Source: a virus
Length of the DNA stretch: 64,000 nucleotides
Reading direction: 5' to 3' (one strand)
IMG/VR virus record: IMGVR_UViG_3300009551_000007
Location: 17,753 to 81,752 of that record
Position 1 is the first letter of the stretch; each line of letters starts with the position of its first letter. This document shows, one piece after another, positions 40,919 to 49,661 of this stretch. The notes beneath the pieces were generated by a model. That model was not told the origin of the DNA, made no database searches, and saw only the letters and a program-made list of their open reading frames with translations. The translations under genes were made by a program, and so were the position numbers.

Positions 40919-41228
40919 TGTCGGTCTCCTTGGATTGTTCTGAGTGCCACTTGTAGAACGTCGCCAATTTGGCGTCGACGCGGCCCATGTAAGCCGCGTC
41001 GTTCAAGCCGTTAGCTTGTGTGAAAAACAGTACCGCCGCGTTGAGGTCAGCCAGTTCGGCCCGGAGGCCGTCGCGGAGGTCACCGTCCCAGTGCTTCGTG
41101 TCGCCGCCGGTCTGGAGGAGCTTGCCCAGTACCTGGAGGACTTCACCACACTCCTCGATGAGCTTGGCCGTGCCGGGCCAGGTCTTCGACCCGAACGAAA
41201 ACGGGTCACCGCAGTTGATCTGATCCAT
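40911..41228 (-). CDS. small MazG-like protein
   Basis: KLIEECGEVLQ...AELADL; GGAGGGAG RBS. Confidence 0.65.
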   Translation of the reverse strand: MDQINCGDPFSFGSKTWPGTAKLIEECGEVLQVLGKLLQTGGDTKHWDGDLRDGLRAELADLNAAVLFFTQANGLNDAAYMGRVDAKLATFYKWHSEQSKETDSE

Positions 41229-41538
41229 CGTCTCCCTCCCGTATCTGTCGCAGTTTCCAACCGGCCACCAGGCCAATGAGGAACGCGAACAGCATTCCGA
41301 TTGCCACCGTGAGAACCGTGCTAGTCATCGTCGGCACTCCTCACGCTCGTGTCGTCGGCGATCTTTCGGACCGTTACCGTGACGACGTACTGGACGTTGT
41401 AAGAGTCAGTGAGGACACGCGCCAGTGCCGTCTCGATCTGCTCACCGATACGCACGGCGGGCAGATACTCCTCGTCTGCGGTGACGAACGTCTTATCCAT
41501 CAGCACATCGTTCGGACTCATAGTTCCCTCCAGAGAGT

Positions 41539-42195
41539 TTAGGCACGCACTCGTGCCGTGAGTAGGTTGACGACTAGTTCCGGTAACTGGCGGGCGGAAG
41601 CGCGGCGGCACCATACGCCCGCTTCGGTCAATTTTACCCGCGCCCGCTCTATCGTATTGACCCGCTTAGTTGTATTCAAGTGGTTGAGTTCCTTTTCGTT
41701 TCCGGCTTCCTGTCGCCGCGCCTTGATCTGATCGAGACACTTATCGACTGGCGTGTTGAGGAAGAAGCAGCGGACGTCGGACATTTGGAGTGTCCATTTT
41801 GTGTCCTCTGAGAGGAGTAGCCCCTCGGTTAGTACGACTCCCGCACCGCCGATTATGCGGCGGCATGTACAACCCTTCACGTCGCCGGCGTCAATCACGT
41901 CGTACACGGCGCGTGCCGAACCAATGTTGTCGCACCCGCCGCAGACCGCTTCGTAATGGCCGAGCACTATGATTCTAGGCGGGAAAATCGGTAGCCTGGA
42001 GTTACCTAGTTCCATGTCGTACTCGCGGAGGTAGTAGCCGAGTGGCTTCTTGCGCCCCTCGAACTCGACCAGCTTGCCGTTATCGACGCCGGCGTCAACG
42101 TAGAAGGGCACCCAATCGCTGCCGAGGAGTGACATTATGGACCTCATAGCCCAGGTCTTGCCTGATCCTGAGGTGCCGCGAATTTGCACGATCAT
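41539..42195 (-). CDS. P-loop nucleotide kinase
   Basis: IRGTSGSGKT Walker A; GGCD; LTEGLL; cluster context. Confidence 0.75.
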   Translation of the reverse strand: MIVQIRGTSGSGKTWAMRSIMSLLGSDWVPFYVDAGVDNGKLVEFEGRKKPLGYYLREYDMELGNSRLPIFPPRIIVLGHYEAVCGGCDNIGSARAVYDVIDAGDVKGCTCRRIIGGAGVVLTEGLLLSEDTKWTLQMSDVRCFFLNTPVDKCLDQIKARRQEAGNEKELNHLNTTKRVNTIERARVKLTEAGVWCRRASARQLPELVVNLLTARVRA

Positions 42196-42875
42196 TAGCC
42201 CCTCCGAATGGTTCTCAGTTCGAGGTCGAGGCCGGCGATGGCCCGCCTCAAGTTTTCCTCGGTCAGTAAGCAGTTCAGTTCGCGGTACACGCCGCCCCTC
42301 GCGCCCGGCACCGGAACGAGTTTATCGGCCCACTCCATGCGGCGGTAATCGCCCTTCCAGACGTTCCCCGACGACGTTTCATCCGTGACGCCCTGCTCGC
42401 TCGCCTGACCGTGAAACACGACCACGATGTCGACGTCGCTCGACAGACCCGTTGCCGCCCAGTTGGTCGCTCGCGGATGCTTGATCTTCGGCGCGCGGAC
42501 CAGTAGGCACCGGAGAAGGTACTCACCGAGCGTCACCGTCGCGAGGGTCTCACTCGCGTTGATATTCTCGTACCCCAATTCGGTCTTGGCTTTCGGCAGC
42601 GCCTTGGCGACTTCGGCGGCGAACATGAGGAAGACGTCGTTGCTCACTTTGGTCTCGTCCTTAGACCCGTCTCGCATGCGGCGGTACACTTCGACCTTGT
42701 CGACGCCGGCGTTATTGTAGAACACGGCCACTGCCTGGATATGCGCTTCGGAGAGGAGGCTACCGACGCCGGCGGGGACGGCAGCAGCAGACACAGGGCC
42801 TGCTATGTGAAAGTAAGCGCGGACCGGGTCGGGGTTCGTCCCCTCAGTGACATGTATTAGGTTCGGTTCGGACAT
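42195..42875 (-). CDS. hypothetical protein
   Basis: 226 aa, translationally coupled ORF. Confidence 0.5.
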   Translation of the reverse strand: MSEPNLIHVTEGTNPDPVRAYFHIAGPVSAAAVPAGVGSLLSEAHIQAVAVFYNNAGVDKVEVYRRMRDGSKDETKVSNDVFLMFAAEVAKALPKAKTELGYENINASETLATVTLGEYLLRCLLVRAPKIKHPRATNWAATGLSSDVDIVVVFHGQASEQGVTDETSSGNVWKGDYRRMEWADKLVPVPGARGGVYRELNCLLTEENLRRAIAGLDLELRTIRRG

Positions 42876-42877
42876 TG

Positions 42878-43735
42878 TTAGACTCCTGGGTAACGGGATT
42901 TGGGCTTACCTTCGCTGTGGAGTGCGCGTTCGTACTTGTCGAACTCGCATAGACAGTTCTGGTAGTCGTGGGCTTCGAGGCGCGAACTAATTGATTCGGG
43001 GAGCACTGAGCGTAACTGTTCGATGAGTTCGCGGAGGCGTTCCACGAAATAGTCCTGATGGAAACCGGATTTTACCGGCAGTCCGAGGACGCGGTTCATT
43101 CCACGCGCACTGCCCGGCCCGACCGGTGCCCACCTGTTGTAATCGGACCAGTAACCGTCCTTTGCCCAGCGGAGGTCCGCGACGACTTGCCCGGCCATGA
43201 ACGAACCGAACCCGTACCGGCATACGAGCGCTTCGTGGGCGGCTTGCATGGTGGACCCGTCGATGACCGGTGGGTCGGACAGGAGGTGTTCGAGGTAATA
43301 GTCGAACACGGAAGCGATCTTATCCTGACCGTCGTTACCTCGCACCATGTATGCACCGTTGAATATCGTTACCCCTTGCCGTTTTACCGCGCGGAGGAGA
43401 GCGACTATGTCGTCAACTTGGGGGCCGCGAGAGTCGAATACGAGTTGGGTTATTCGGTCGAGGGACGACGGGAGGTTAATGAACCGCGCGACCGCCGCCG
43501 CGTACACGATACTGGGATGATCGAAATGGGGTTCGTACCAGTTGTTCCATAGCCAGACGCTCACGGCGTCGTCCATACGCCGGACGTTGCAGAAGCGGTA
43601 CTGCTGTAGTATCTCGTCGTCGGTCCAGGGCTTAGCTTCGCCCGCCATACGCTTCAAACGGACCGATTCCCGTTCGCGAATCCAGTATGCGAGACGGGCG
43701 AACGGGGACAGCTTACGGACGTCTTCGGTATTCAT
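42878..43735 (-). CDS. 5-hydroxymethyluridine DNA kinase (aGPT-Pplase1-like)
   Basis: ERE...PWTDDEILQQYRFCNVRRMDD, GSFMAGQVVADL, GPGSARG and QNCLCEFDKY motifs. Confidence 0.8.
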   Translation of the reverse strand: MNTEDVRKLSPFARLAYWIRERESVRLKRMAGEAKPWTDDEILQQYRFCNVRRMDDAVSVWLWNNWYEPHFDHPSIVYAAAVARFINLPSSLDRITQLVFDSRGPQVDDIVALLRAVKRQGVTIFNGAYMVRGNDGQDKIASVFDYYLEHLLSDPPVIDGSTMQAAHEALVCRYGFGSFMAGQVVADLRWAKDGYWSDYNRWAPVGPGSARGMNRVLGLPVKSGFHQDYFVERLRELIEQLRSVLPESISSRLEAHDYQNCLCEFDKYERALHSEGKPKSRYPGV

Positions 43736-43930
43736 ATTTTCCTCATAGGGTAAAAGCCTTGCACTGGTCATAATCCCAGTCCTCGACTAGGGCCTGGAAC
43801 CGGATGTGCGGGGGTAGGTCTTGAAACTTTAGGGCTATGGAGAGCCGCTCAATAGCACCGGCAACAGCCCTTGCAGCCCCACATGGCCGGCGGACACTGT
43901 TTCCCGCACCCCGGCCAGTGACAGTGGTGG

Positions 43931-44707
43931 CTACGGGTTTGCCCCTGGTTCTTTACCCAGTTTACCTTCACTTGCTTCGGGAGGGTAGCTACCTGAGCTT
44001 CCTTCTCCCGCCGCGCCCTGATCGCTTCCGCTCGCGCCCTCATGAGTCGTCTTTGATACACTATCGCCGGTATCGGTGGCATGTGAGTGCTCCTTGTCGT
44101 AGGCCGTGATTAGCCCACCCTCACGCGAGTAGGCACACTTCTCGAAATGCTTATCCATCACAGCCTTATAGCCCACGTTCCCTTCCGCTTCGTGCGCGGT
44201 CACGCCTTCATCCCAGTCCTTACGGTTCGTAATCATACCGGGCGAACGACAGACCGGGCATGTCGGTATCCCCGGTCCGGCGTAGCCGAGCTTCGACCAG
44301 TCATCGGTCCAGTACGTGCACATTGCCGAGTACCAGACCGCACGGAGTGGGTCGTCCGGGCCGCACTTCGTCCCCGATTGAGTGAGACATTTCTTCCCGA
44401 CGCCGACGGACGATTCATCGGTCACGGGTGCCGTAGAGACGCCGGCTAACGAGTCGATCTCCTCTTTCGTATTGACTAGTACGGTAATGGGGACGTTAAT
44501 ATGGCCCGTGACCTCGACGGCGAAGTTGCGGGCCAGCTGGAGGACGAACGCCGCCTTCATCACCGACATGCTCTTCCCGTTCACCGCGACGACGTTGGCA
44601 ATGCTCGTGCGCTTATCGACGACGTTGGCGACGACGAGGTAGGAGCCGTTGCGGAACGAGAACACGTCCCCGCAAACCAGGTTCTCGACTAGTGTAGTTG
44701 ATTTCAT
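43931..44707 (-). CDS. hypothetical protein
   Basis: 258 aa ORF with CTYWTDDW...CPVC. Confidence 0.45.
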   Translation of the reverse strand: MKSTTLVENLVCGDVFSFRNGSYLVVANVVDKRTSIANVVAVNGKSMSVMKAAFVLQLARNFAVEVTGHINVPITVLVNTKEEIDSLAGVSTAPVTDESSVGVGKKCLTQSGTKCGPDDPLRAVWYSAMCTYWTDDWSKLGYAGPGIPTCPVCRSPGMITNRKDWDEGVTAHEAEGNVGYKAVMDKHFEKCAYSREGGLITAYDKEHSHATDTGDSVSKTTHEGASGSDQGAAGEGSSGSYPPEASEGKLGKEPGANP

Positions 44708-44811
44708 CTGTGTCCCTTTCGAGTTTGAAAATGAGCCACGCCCCGATCAAGCCTATGAAGGGGGTCGAGATCAGGGCCAGTACGCTGTAGCCGTCCATAG
44801 CGGTCTCCGTG

Positions 44812-47034
44812 CTAGAGGGTCACGCCTTCACTCCAGCTCACCTCATTAAACTCAACACCTACCGGCGTGGGGATACCGAACCCCTCACCGCCCTTCTCCA
44901 TGAGGCGTTGGAGTACCCGTATCCTACCGAGGTTCGAGTGTTTCGGGTTCGTCTTCGGGTGGGCACGTTTCGGGAAGTCGAAAACGATTTCGTCGTGGAC
45001 CTGAATGGCCATGAAGTAACCGTCGTGTGCGAGGTTGCCGCCCCGCGCCAGTACCTGTCTGTTCCACTCGTCGAGCTGTTCCTGGCACCTCACCATGGCG
45101 CGGGCGGTCCACCACATAGCCGACCCTTGAATATGATAGTTTAGCGGGACGGTTTCGAGGATATAGCCCCTCTCCGTTCGCGTACACATGATCGGATAGC
45201 CGCGCGCCGGGTCAACCGACTTGTCGGGAATCGTCTCCACGTACCCGTACTTGTTGGCGAACCGTATGCACTTCTGGTTGAGTGCCTCCAGTTTCGAGAA
45301 CCGCTGTTTTAGGAGGCGGTGGCTGTATTGCTTATGGAACGCGCGGTCTGCCGTCCCCCATCCGTCAACCTTCTCTACTGCGCCGTACTGGACCGCGAAC
45401 CCGCCGTTTTTACACCACTGGTAGTAGCTCGCGCCGTACTTCTTCTTGCAGTACGGACCTGCTTTATCGAGACCCACTTCCGCCACCGCCGCGTCCCATA
45501 TGTCGGGGTAGACGGTATGGAACCGTAGCAAGTGGTTGGAGCCGTAGTACGGCGGTGATTCCGAGTTCTCGAATATCTCGATCAGTTCCTCTTGCAAACT
45601 CTCATATGCCGGTAGTCGGTCCTCGATGCCCTTCGCGTCGAGTGAGTACCATTCGCGACCCGGCCCAGGGCCGAAGCCCTTGCGGAGATTGAACGATTCC
45701 TTCTTCGAGACGTTCTGCACGTTCGGGTACTTACAGCCGGCGCGGAGGGTGTCGGTGCCGGTCTGACGGTAGTCCGGGCATAGCGTGTACCACTCGCCCT
45801 CCGTCATTAGCCCCATAACGTCTTGTTCCATGGGTATCCAGAACCGCTTATAGCCCTCCATGTAGATTATCGCAGTGTCCCGACTCCGTTTCTCCTCAAG
45901 TTTACATATGAACGTCCGCTCCTTGGACGTGATCGGGAGCGTCAGTTTGTAGTGGGGTATAGCCACCTTGGCGTCGAGACTCGGCGCGTTGGTCTTGGAT
46001 TTCGGGTTGCGGACGTGCTCCAGCTTCATCTTGTCGAAGCACAGTTCTCGGAGCGAGTTATTGACCCCGCTCTTAGGGAGCACCAAGTCATGACCGAACG
46101 ACTTGGCTATCGACACACTGACGCGAGCCGCCCGTTCCGATTCTTCGCGGTACTCCGTCGTCAGTTCGTCGAGACGGAGGCGATTGACGGTCACGCCCCG
46201 GTCCTCCATGCGGTAGAAGATCGCCGGTAGCCTCATCCGTTCGGCGAAGATCGCACCGAGGTTCCGCTGTTCGATGATCTTCCGCTGTTCTTTCCATAGC
46301 GGAATCTCTATGCCGGAGTCGGCGTTACCGTAATCGCGCAGAACCGTCCACCATGGATGCCCTACCGGCAGTTTCCGCTTTAGCGCTAGCGTATACGGCA
46401 TTTCGGCTTCGGACATCATAGCGGGCAAATTAAGTGTTTTGGCGACAGCCCTCGGTAACCAGTAGTCGGCACGCCAGAACTCCTTGTCGTTGGAAGGGTT
46501 CATGGGGTGGTCTTCGGTGTTTATGTTCCAGTTCCCGTACTTCGCAACGAAGTCCTTAGTGCGCACGAGCCGCCGCGCCTCCTTCACGGCGTTCTCCAGC
46601 GCCTTTTCGAGGGGCTGTATATTGACTTGAAGGTACAGCTGAGCGCAGTCGGTCAGGTTCCGGGGCTTGTTCGAGTAGATGAGGTGGGCACCCACTTGGG
46701 TGTCTATAACGTGCCTCCAGACCTCGTAAACGTCCCAGTGCTCCCACATACCAATCGAAGCTAGTGCGAAGATGTCGAACTTGGCGTTGTGTAGGATCAG
46801 ACCGGCGTCCGGGTCAACACTCACGTCGCCTATGGGCCCGTTCGGGCCACTGGCAAACAGTAGCTCACCGATCTCGCGGACGTCGCCCGGCGGAATTAAC
46901 GGCATCCGCGTCAACGGGTCCACATCCCATTCCCAGTAGCGGAGCGTACCGTCACCTTCGCAAGTAGTGACGAAAAAGGGCCGCGTCCCATGGTCGAAAT
47001 CTAGACCGGTCGTTTCAGTGTCGAGGGATATCAT
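44812..47034 (-). CDS. polA: DNA polymerase family A with 3'-5' exonuclease
   Basis: DTETTG, HNAKFD, PNVQN, motif A DAKGIEDR, motif B CKNGGFAVQYG, motif C VHDE. Confidence 0.9.
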   Translation of the reverse strand: MISLDTETTGLDFDHGTRPFFVTTCEGDGTLRYWEWDVDPLTRMPLIPPGDVREIGELLFASGPNGPIGDVSVDPDAGLILHNAKFDIFALASIGMWEHWDVYEVWRHVIDTQVGAHLIYSNKPRNLTDCAQLYLQVNIQPLEKALENAVKEARRLVRTKDFVAKYGNWNINTEDHPMNPSNDKEFWRADYWLPRAVAKTLNLPAMMSEAEMPYTLALKRKLPVGHPWWTVLRDYGNADSGIEIPLWKEQRKIIEQRNLGAIFAERMRLPAIFYRMEDRGVTVNRLRLDELTTEYREESERAARVSVSIAKSFGHDLVLPKSGVNNSLRELCFDKMKLEHVRNPKSKTNAPSLDAKVAIPHYKLTLPITSKERTFICKLEEKRSRDTAIIYMEGYKRFWIPMEQDVMGLMTEGEWYTLCPDYRQTGTDTLRAGCKYPNVQNVSKKESFNLRKGFGPGPGREWYSLDAKGIEDRLPAYESLQEELIEIFENSESPPYYGSNHLLRFHTVYPDIWDAAVAEVGLDKAGPYCKKKYGASYYQWCKNGGFAVQYGAVEKVDGWGTADRAFHKQYSHRLLKQRFSKLEALNQKCIRFANKYGYVETIPDKSVDPARGYPIMCTRTERGYILETVPLNYHIQGSAMWWTARAMVRCQEQLDEWNRQVLARGGNLAHDGYFMAIQVHDEIVFDFPKRAHPKTNPKHSNLGRIRVLQRLMEKGGEGFGIPTPVGVEFNEVSWSEGVTL

Positions 47035-47199
47035 AGGACGGATTCTCTGGGAGAAACTAGTACCAGAAGCTAGTCGAGGGGGTTGCCGAGGAAGTATACG
47101 GCGTCCGTGCCGTGCTCGCGGAGTTATTCGAGTCGTCGGCACGGCGGCGCGTCACTACGGGTGATAAAGACGTAGTAACGGCGAATGGGCCGTGCCCGC

Positions 47200-47595
47200 T
47201 TAGCGGTCGTCATCAGGCGCTAACTCTTCAGCCAACTTCGCTATGTCGGCCACGAGCGCGTCGGTCGGGCCTTCTACGTAGAGCCGGTTGCGGAGTTTCG
47301 ACACTTTCGATTGTACATTTTTCTTCTCGCGGCGTTCGACGCGGTAGTATTCATGCTCCGCTTCCTCCTTTTCCGCGAACACCTTCAGATACTCCTTGTT
47401 CGTCTTACAGAACGCCTCGAACGCCGCCTTGGCCCTCTCGTGCCGGTGCTTGGCTACGATCTGTACTTCTGTGTTGGCTGACGACAGGCTATTGAGTGCC
47501 TTGTGTAGGTCGCTCTTCCGCCTCTCGGTCTGTTGGATTTGGGTTTGCGTCATTAGCGGCTTGTCGCCTGGTGTCGGGTCGGGTTTCTTTGCCAT
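47200..47595 (-). CDS. hypothetical coiled-coil protein
   Basis: 131 aa helical ORF. Confidence 0.5.
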   Translation of the reverse strand: MAKKPDPTPGDKPLMTQTQIQQTERRKSDLHKALNSLSSANTEVQIVAKHRHERAKAAFEAFCKTNKEYLKVFAEKEEAEHEYYRVERREKKNVQSKVSKLRNRLYVEGPTDALVADIAKLAEELAPDDDR

Positions 47596-47690
47596 CTGTT
47601 CTGCCCTTCATTAAACATGGGAGGCACGGACGACCGGAGGAACTGACCCCCGAACCGCCACATGCGATACATTTCGGGCGGTGGACTGGC

Positions 47691-49010
47691 TTAGGCATTT
47701 TGATGCGCCGTAATCAGTGCGAGGACTGCCGCGATGACGTCGGGCAGAATTTGTTGAGGCGTCTTCCCGGCTATCAGGTCCGAAATCACGACCGGCAGTA
47801 CCGTCGTGAAGATCAGCGCGAACAGTCCGGTCGTGATTGGCCCGCCTAACTTGGCCTTCACCGAGGGATGATCGAGGGCGTCGCGGATGATCGCTATTGC
47901 CTTGGCGAGCCGCCCGCCGCCGAGTTCGGCCTTGCCCGCCTGGTTCGTCACGGTGACTTGCTGAGGTGCGACCGTTAGCGCCGGAATGTCGACTGACCCG
48001 ATGCGCCCGCCGAACGGCCCATGCACCACCAAGCCCTTGATCGGTGTCGTCGTGCCGCCGGATGTAGTGCCGTGGAACGTGAGTGGCGCGGGCGGTGGTG
48101 GGGGACTTGGCGGAGACGGAGGGGAGGGTGGCGACGGCGGCGAAGGCGGGCTGGGAGGTGGAGGTGAGGGCGGCGACACGCCGGGAAACATTGCGACTAC
48201 CGCAGCCACCTTGGTCGCGTTCCCACCCATCGCGACCCATTTCGACGCCTGAACACTCACGTGCCGGCCCTTGGCGTCCAGACCCGTTGCCTTGTCGAAC
48301 TGCTGCCGAGAGAACGCCACGAACGTCTCCGGCTCGACGCTGGCGACGAACTTCGGGCCGACCGTGCACTTGTCCCCCCAAGTTATCAACTGGTAGTTAC
48401 CGCTCGCGTCCACGTCGGCGAGGGGCGTGTAGTGCCCGTTCTGGTCGTCCGGTGTCATGGCGCTGAGCCACTTCGTACCGGGTTCCCACGTGTCGAGGAA
48501 GGCGTCGGGCACGCTCCACGCCATCATTACGGCGAAGAACTGATCAATGGCGTACTGGGCGAGTGGAACATTGGTTACGTCGATGTCGAGGTGATCATCG
48601 ACGACGTAAGCCGGGTTACCCATGAGACCGCCGCCGCCGGTAGTCCACATGCCGCCCGTTCCGACAAGCATGTCCTCGTCGGTGCCGTTGTCGCCGCCCG
48701 AATACCTCTCGTACTGACTGTCGAGGGCGTTGACGTTCGGGGTGATCTGGGAACCCTTGCCCTGACGCCACGCCCAAATGACGTCAACGTGATCGCACAT
48801 GGCCGGTCCGCATATGCCGAGGCGGTCGTTGTCGTCCATATTGAATACGGGCGCGTGATCGCCGAGACTACTGACGGGCAGTGTCGTCACCGGGACAGCA
48901 CCCGCGACCGGGGCGAACGACGCAATGGCGGTCTTCCGCCGCATACGTTCACGGGGATGAAACACGACGTCGTGGCCGCGCTTCTTCAGTTTCTTTACAA
49001 CTCGTTCCAT
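47691..49010 (-). CDS. papain-like cysteine peptidase with Ser-Pro repeat linker and hydrophobic C-terminus
   Basis: NDRLGICGPA (Cys), NGHY (His), ITWG; SPP repeats; C-terminal TM-like helices. Confidence 0.55.
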   Translation of the reverse strand: MERVVKKLKKRGHDVVFHPRERMRRKTAIASFAPVAGAVPVTTLPVSSLGDHAPVFNMDDNDRLGICGPAMCDHVDVIWAWRQGKGSQITPNVNALDSQYERYSGGDNGTDEDMLVGTGGMWTTGGGGLMGNPAYVVDDHLDIDVTNVPLAQYAIDQFFAVMMAWSVPDAFLDTWEPGTKWLSAMTPDDQNGHYTPLADVDASGNYQLITWGDKCTVGPKFVASVEPETFVAFSRQQFDKATGLDAKGRHVSVQASKWVAMGGNATKVAAVVAMFPGVSPPSPPPPSPPSPPSPPSPPSPPSPPPPPAPLTFHGTTSGGTTTPIKGLVVHGPFGGRIGSVDIPALTVAPQQVTVTNQAGKAELGGGRLAKAIAIIRDALDHPSVKAKLGGPITTGLFALIFTTVLPVVISDLIAGKTPQQILPDVIAAVLALITAHQNA

Positions 49011-49043
49011 ACGGTCTCCTAATTGGCATGGGTAAGGCGCGAC

Positions 49044-49196
49044 GCCTGAGAGCCTTCAAGGGTCTTACTTCACGGGACGATTCCCGCATAGCTTGTCGGG
49101 TGCGGTCAAGCGGCCCTGCTAATCTGCCCGTTCCGTTGTTACTCAGGGGACACGGAACACGTCCCGGCGAGCGTCACCGTACTCGCCCTCTCAGGC
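49044..49196 (-). ncRNA. candidate multibranch structured RNA
   Basis: Closing stem GCCTGAGAG/CTCTCAGGC; internal stems GGCGAG/CTCGCC, GGGACG/CGTCCC and TTCCGT/ACGGAA. Confidence 0.45.
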
Positions 49197-49199
49197 TAG

Positions 49200-49273
49200 A
49201 GGCTCTGGTGGGGGGTCGAACCCACAACTCCGGGTTTAGAGTCCGACGTTTTACCGGTTAGAACTACAGAGCC
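49200..49273 (-). tRNA. tRNA with CUA anticodon (amber suppressor; Trp-like body)
   Basis: Acceptor GGCTCTG/CAGAGCC; D arm GTTC..GGTA.AAAC; loop CT-CTA-AA (anticodon 49237-49239); T arm GTGGG-TTCGA-CCCAC; one extra C in the T loop, an A-C mismatch in the anticodon stem, no encoded CCA. Confidence 0.75.
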
Positions 49274-49277
49274 GAAA

Positions 49278-49375
49278 GACCGACCGAGTAAAGGTTCGTC
49301 CCCTGCCGCCTCACGGTCACCACTACAAGCAGTGACCGTCTCGACGAAAGCGGCAAGGCAGTTACCCGGTCGGCC
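49278..49375 (-). ncRNA. long interrupted hairpin between the two tRNA-like genes
   Basis: GGCCGACCGGGTAA/TTACTCGGTCGGTC, TGCCGC/GCGGCA and ACGGTCAC/GTGACCGT. Confidence 0.5.
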
Positions 49376-49377
49376 AG

Positions 49378-49515
49378 TCCCCGCGGCCGGAATCGAACCG
49401 GCGATCTCTCCAGTGTTTACCCTATGGCGGCTAGTCGGAGGGTTGAGACCGAATTCCCCGCCACCATAGAGTCGTACACCTTAGAATGAGCGCTCTACCA
49501 CTGAGCCACGCAGGG
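49378..49515 (-). ncRNA. tRNA-like RNA (138 nt) with ~65-nt structured insertion in the anticodon arm
   Basis: Acceptor CCCTGCG/CGCGGGG; D arm GCTC-AGTGGTA-GAGC; T arm GCCGG-TTCGATT-CCGGC; insertion has a 13-bp helix ACTCTATGGTGGC/GCCGCCATAGGGT. Confidence 0.7.
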
Positions 49516-49661
49516 GTCCACCGTCGCGGCGTCCGGTCGACGAGCAAGCCAAAACTCCGACCTCGCGCCGCGACGGTAGTATGCGAGTCGTAGGGGAGGC
49601 GCGGGTTATCAGTCCGCCGGCCGTCCTCGTCACGGCCTCTCCCCTACGACGGGGAAGTGCT

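Noticed and set aside
18712-47142. Extended N-termini in the ORF track for terL (20748), terS (23426), the amino acid:DNA transferase (38520) and polA (47142)
   Set aside because: The extensions overlap upstream genes or are Arg-rich nonsense; downstream starts fit better
49044-49196. Hammerhead ribozyme
   Set aside because: CTGAGAG does not fit the CUGANGA core and no correctly placed GAAA was found
49200-49273. Pyrrolysine tRNA
   Set aside because: It shares the CTCTAAA loop but has a canonical D loop GG, TTCGA T loop and 5-bp anticodon stem; no pyl genes are present
49378-49515. tmRNA or group I intron-containing tRNA
   Set aside because: The insertion is only ~65 nt, there is no tag ORF, the D stem is intact and there is no G3-U70 pair
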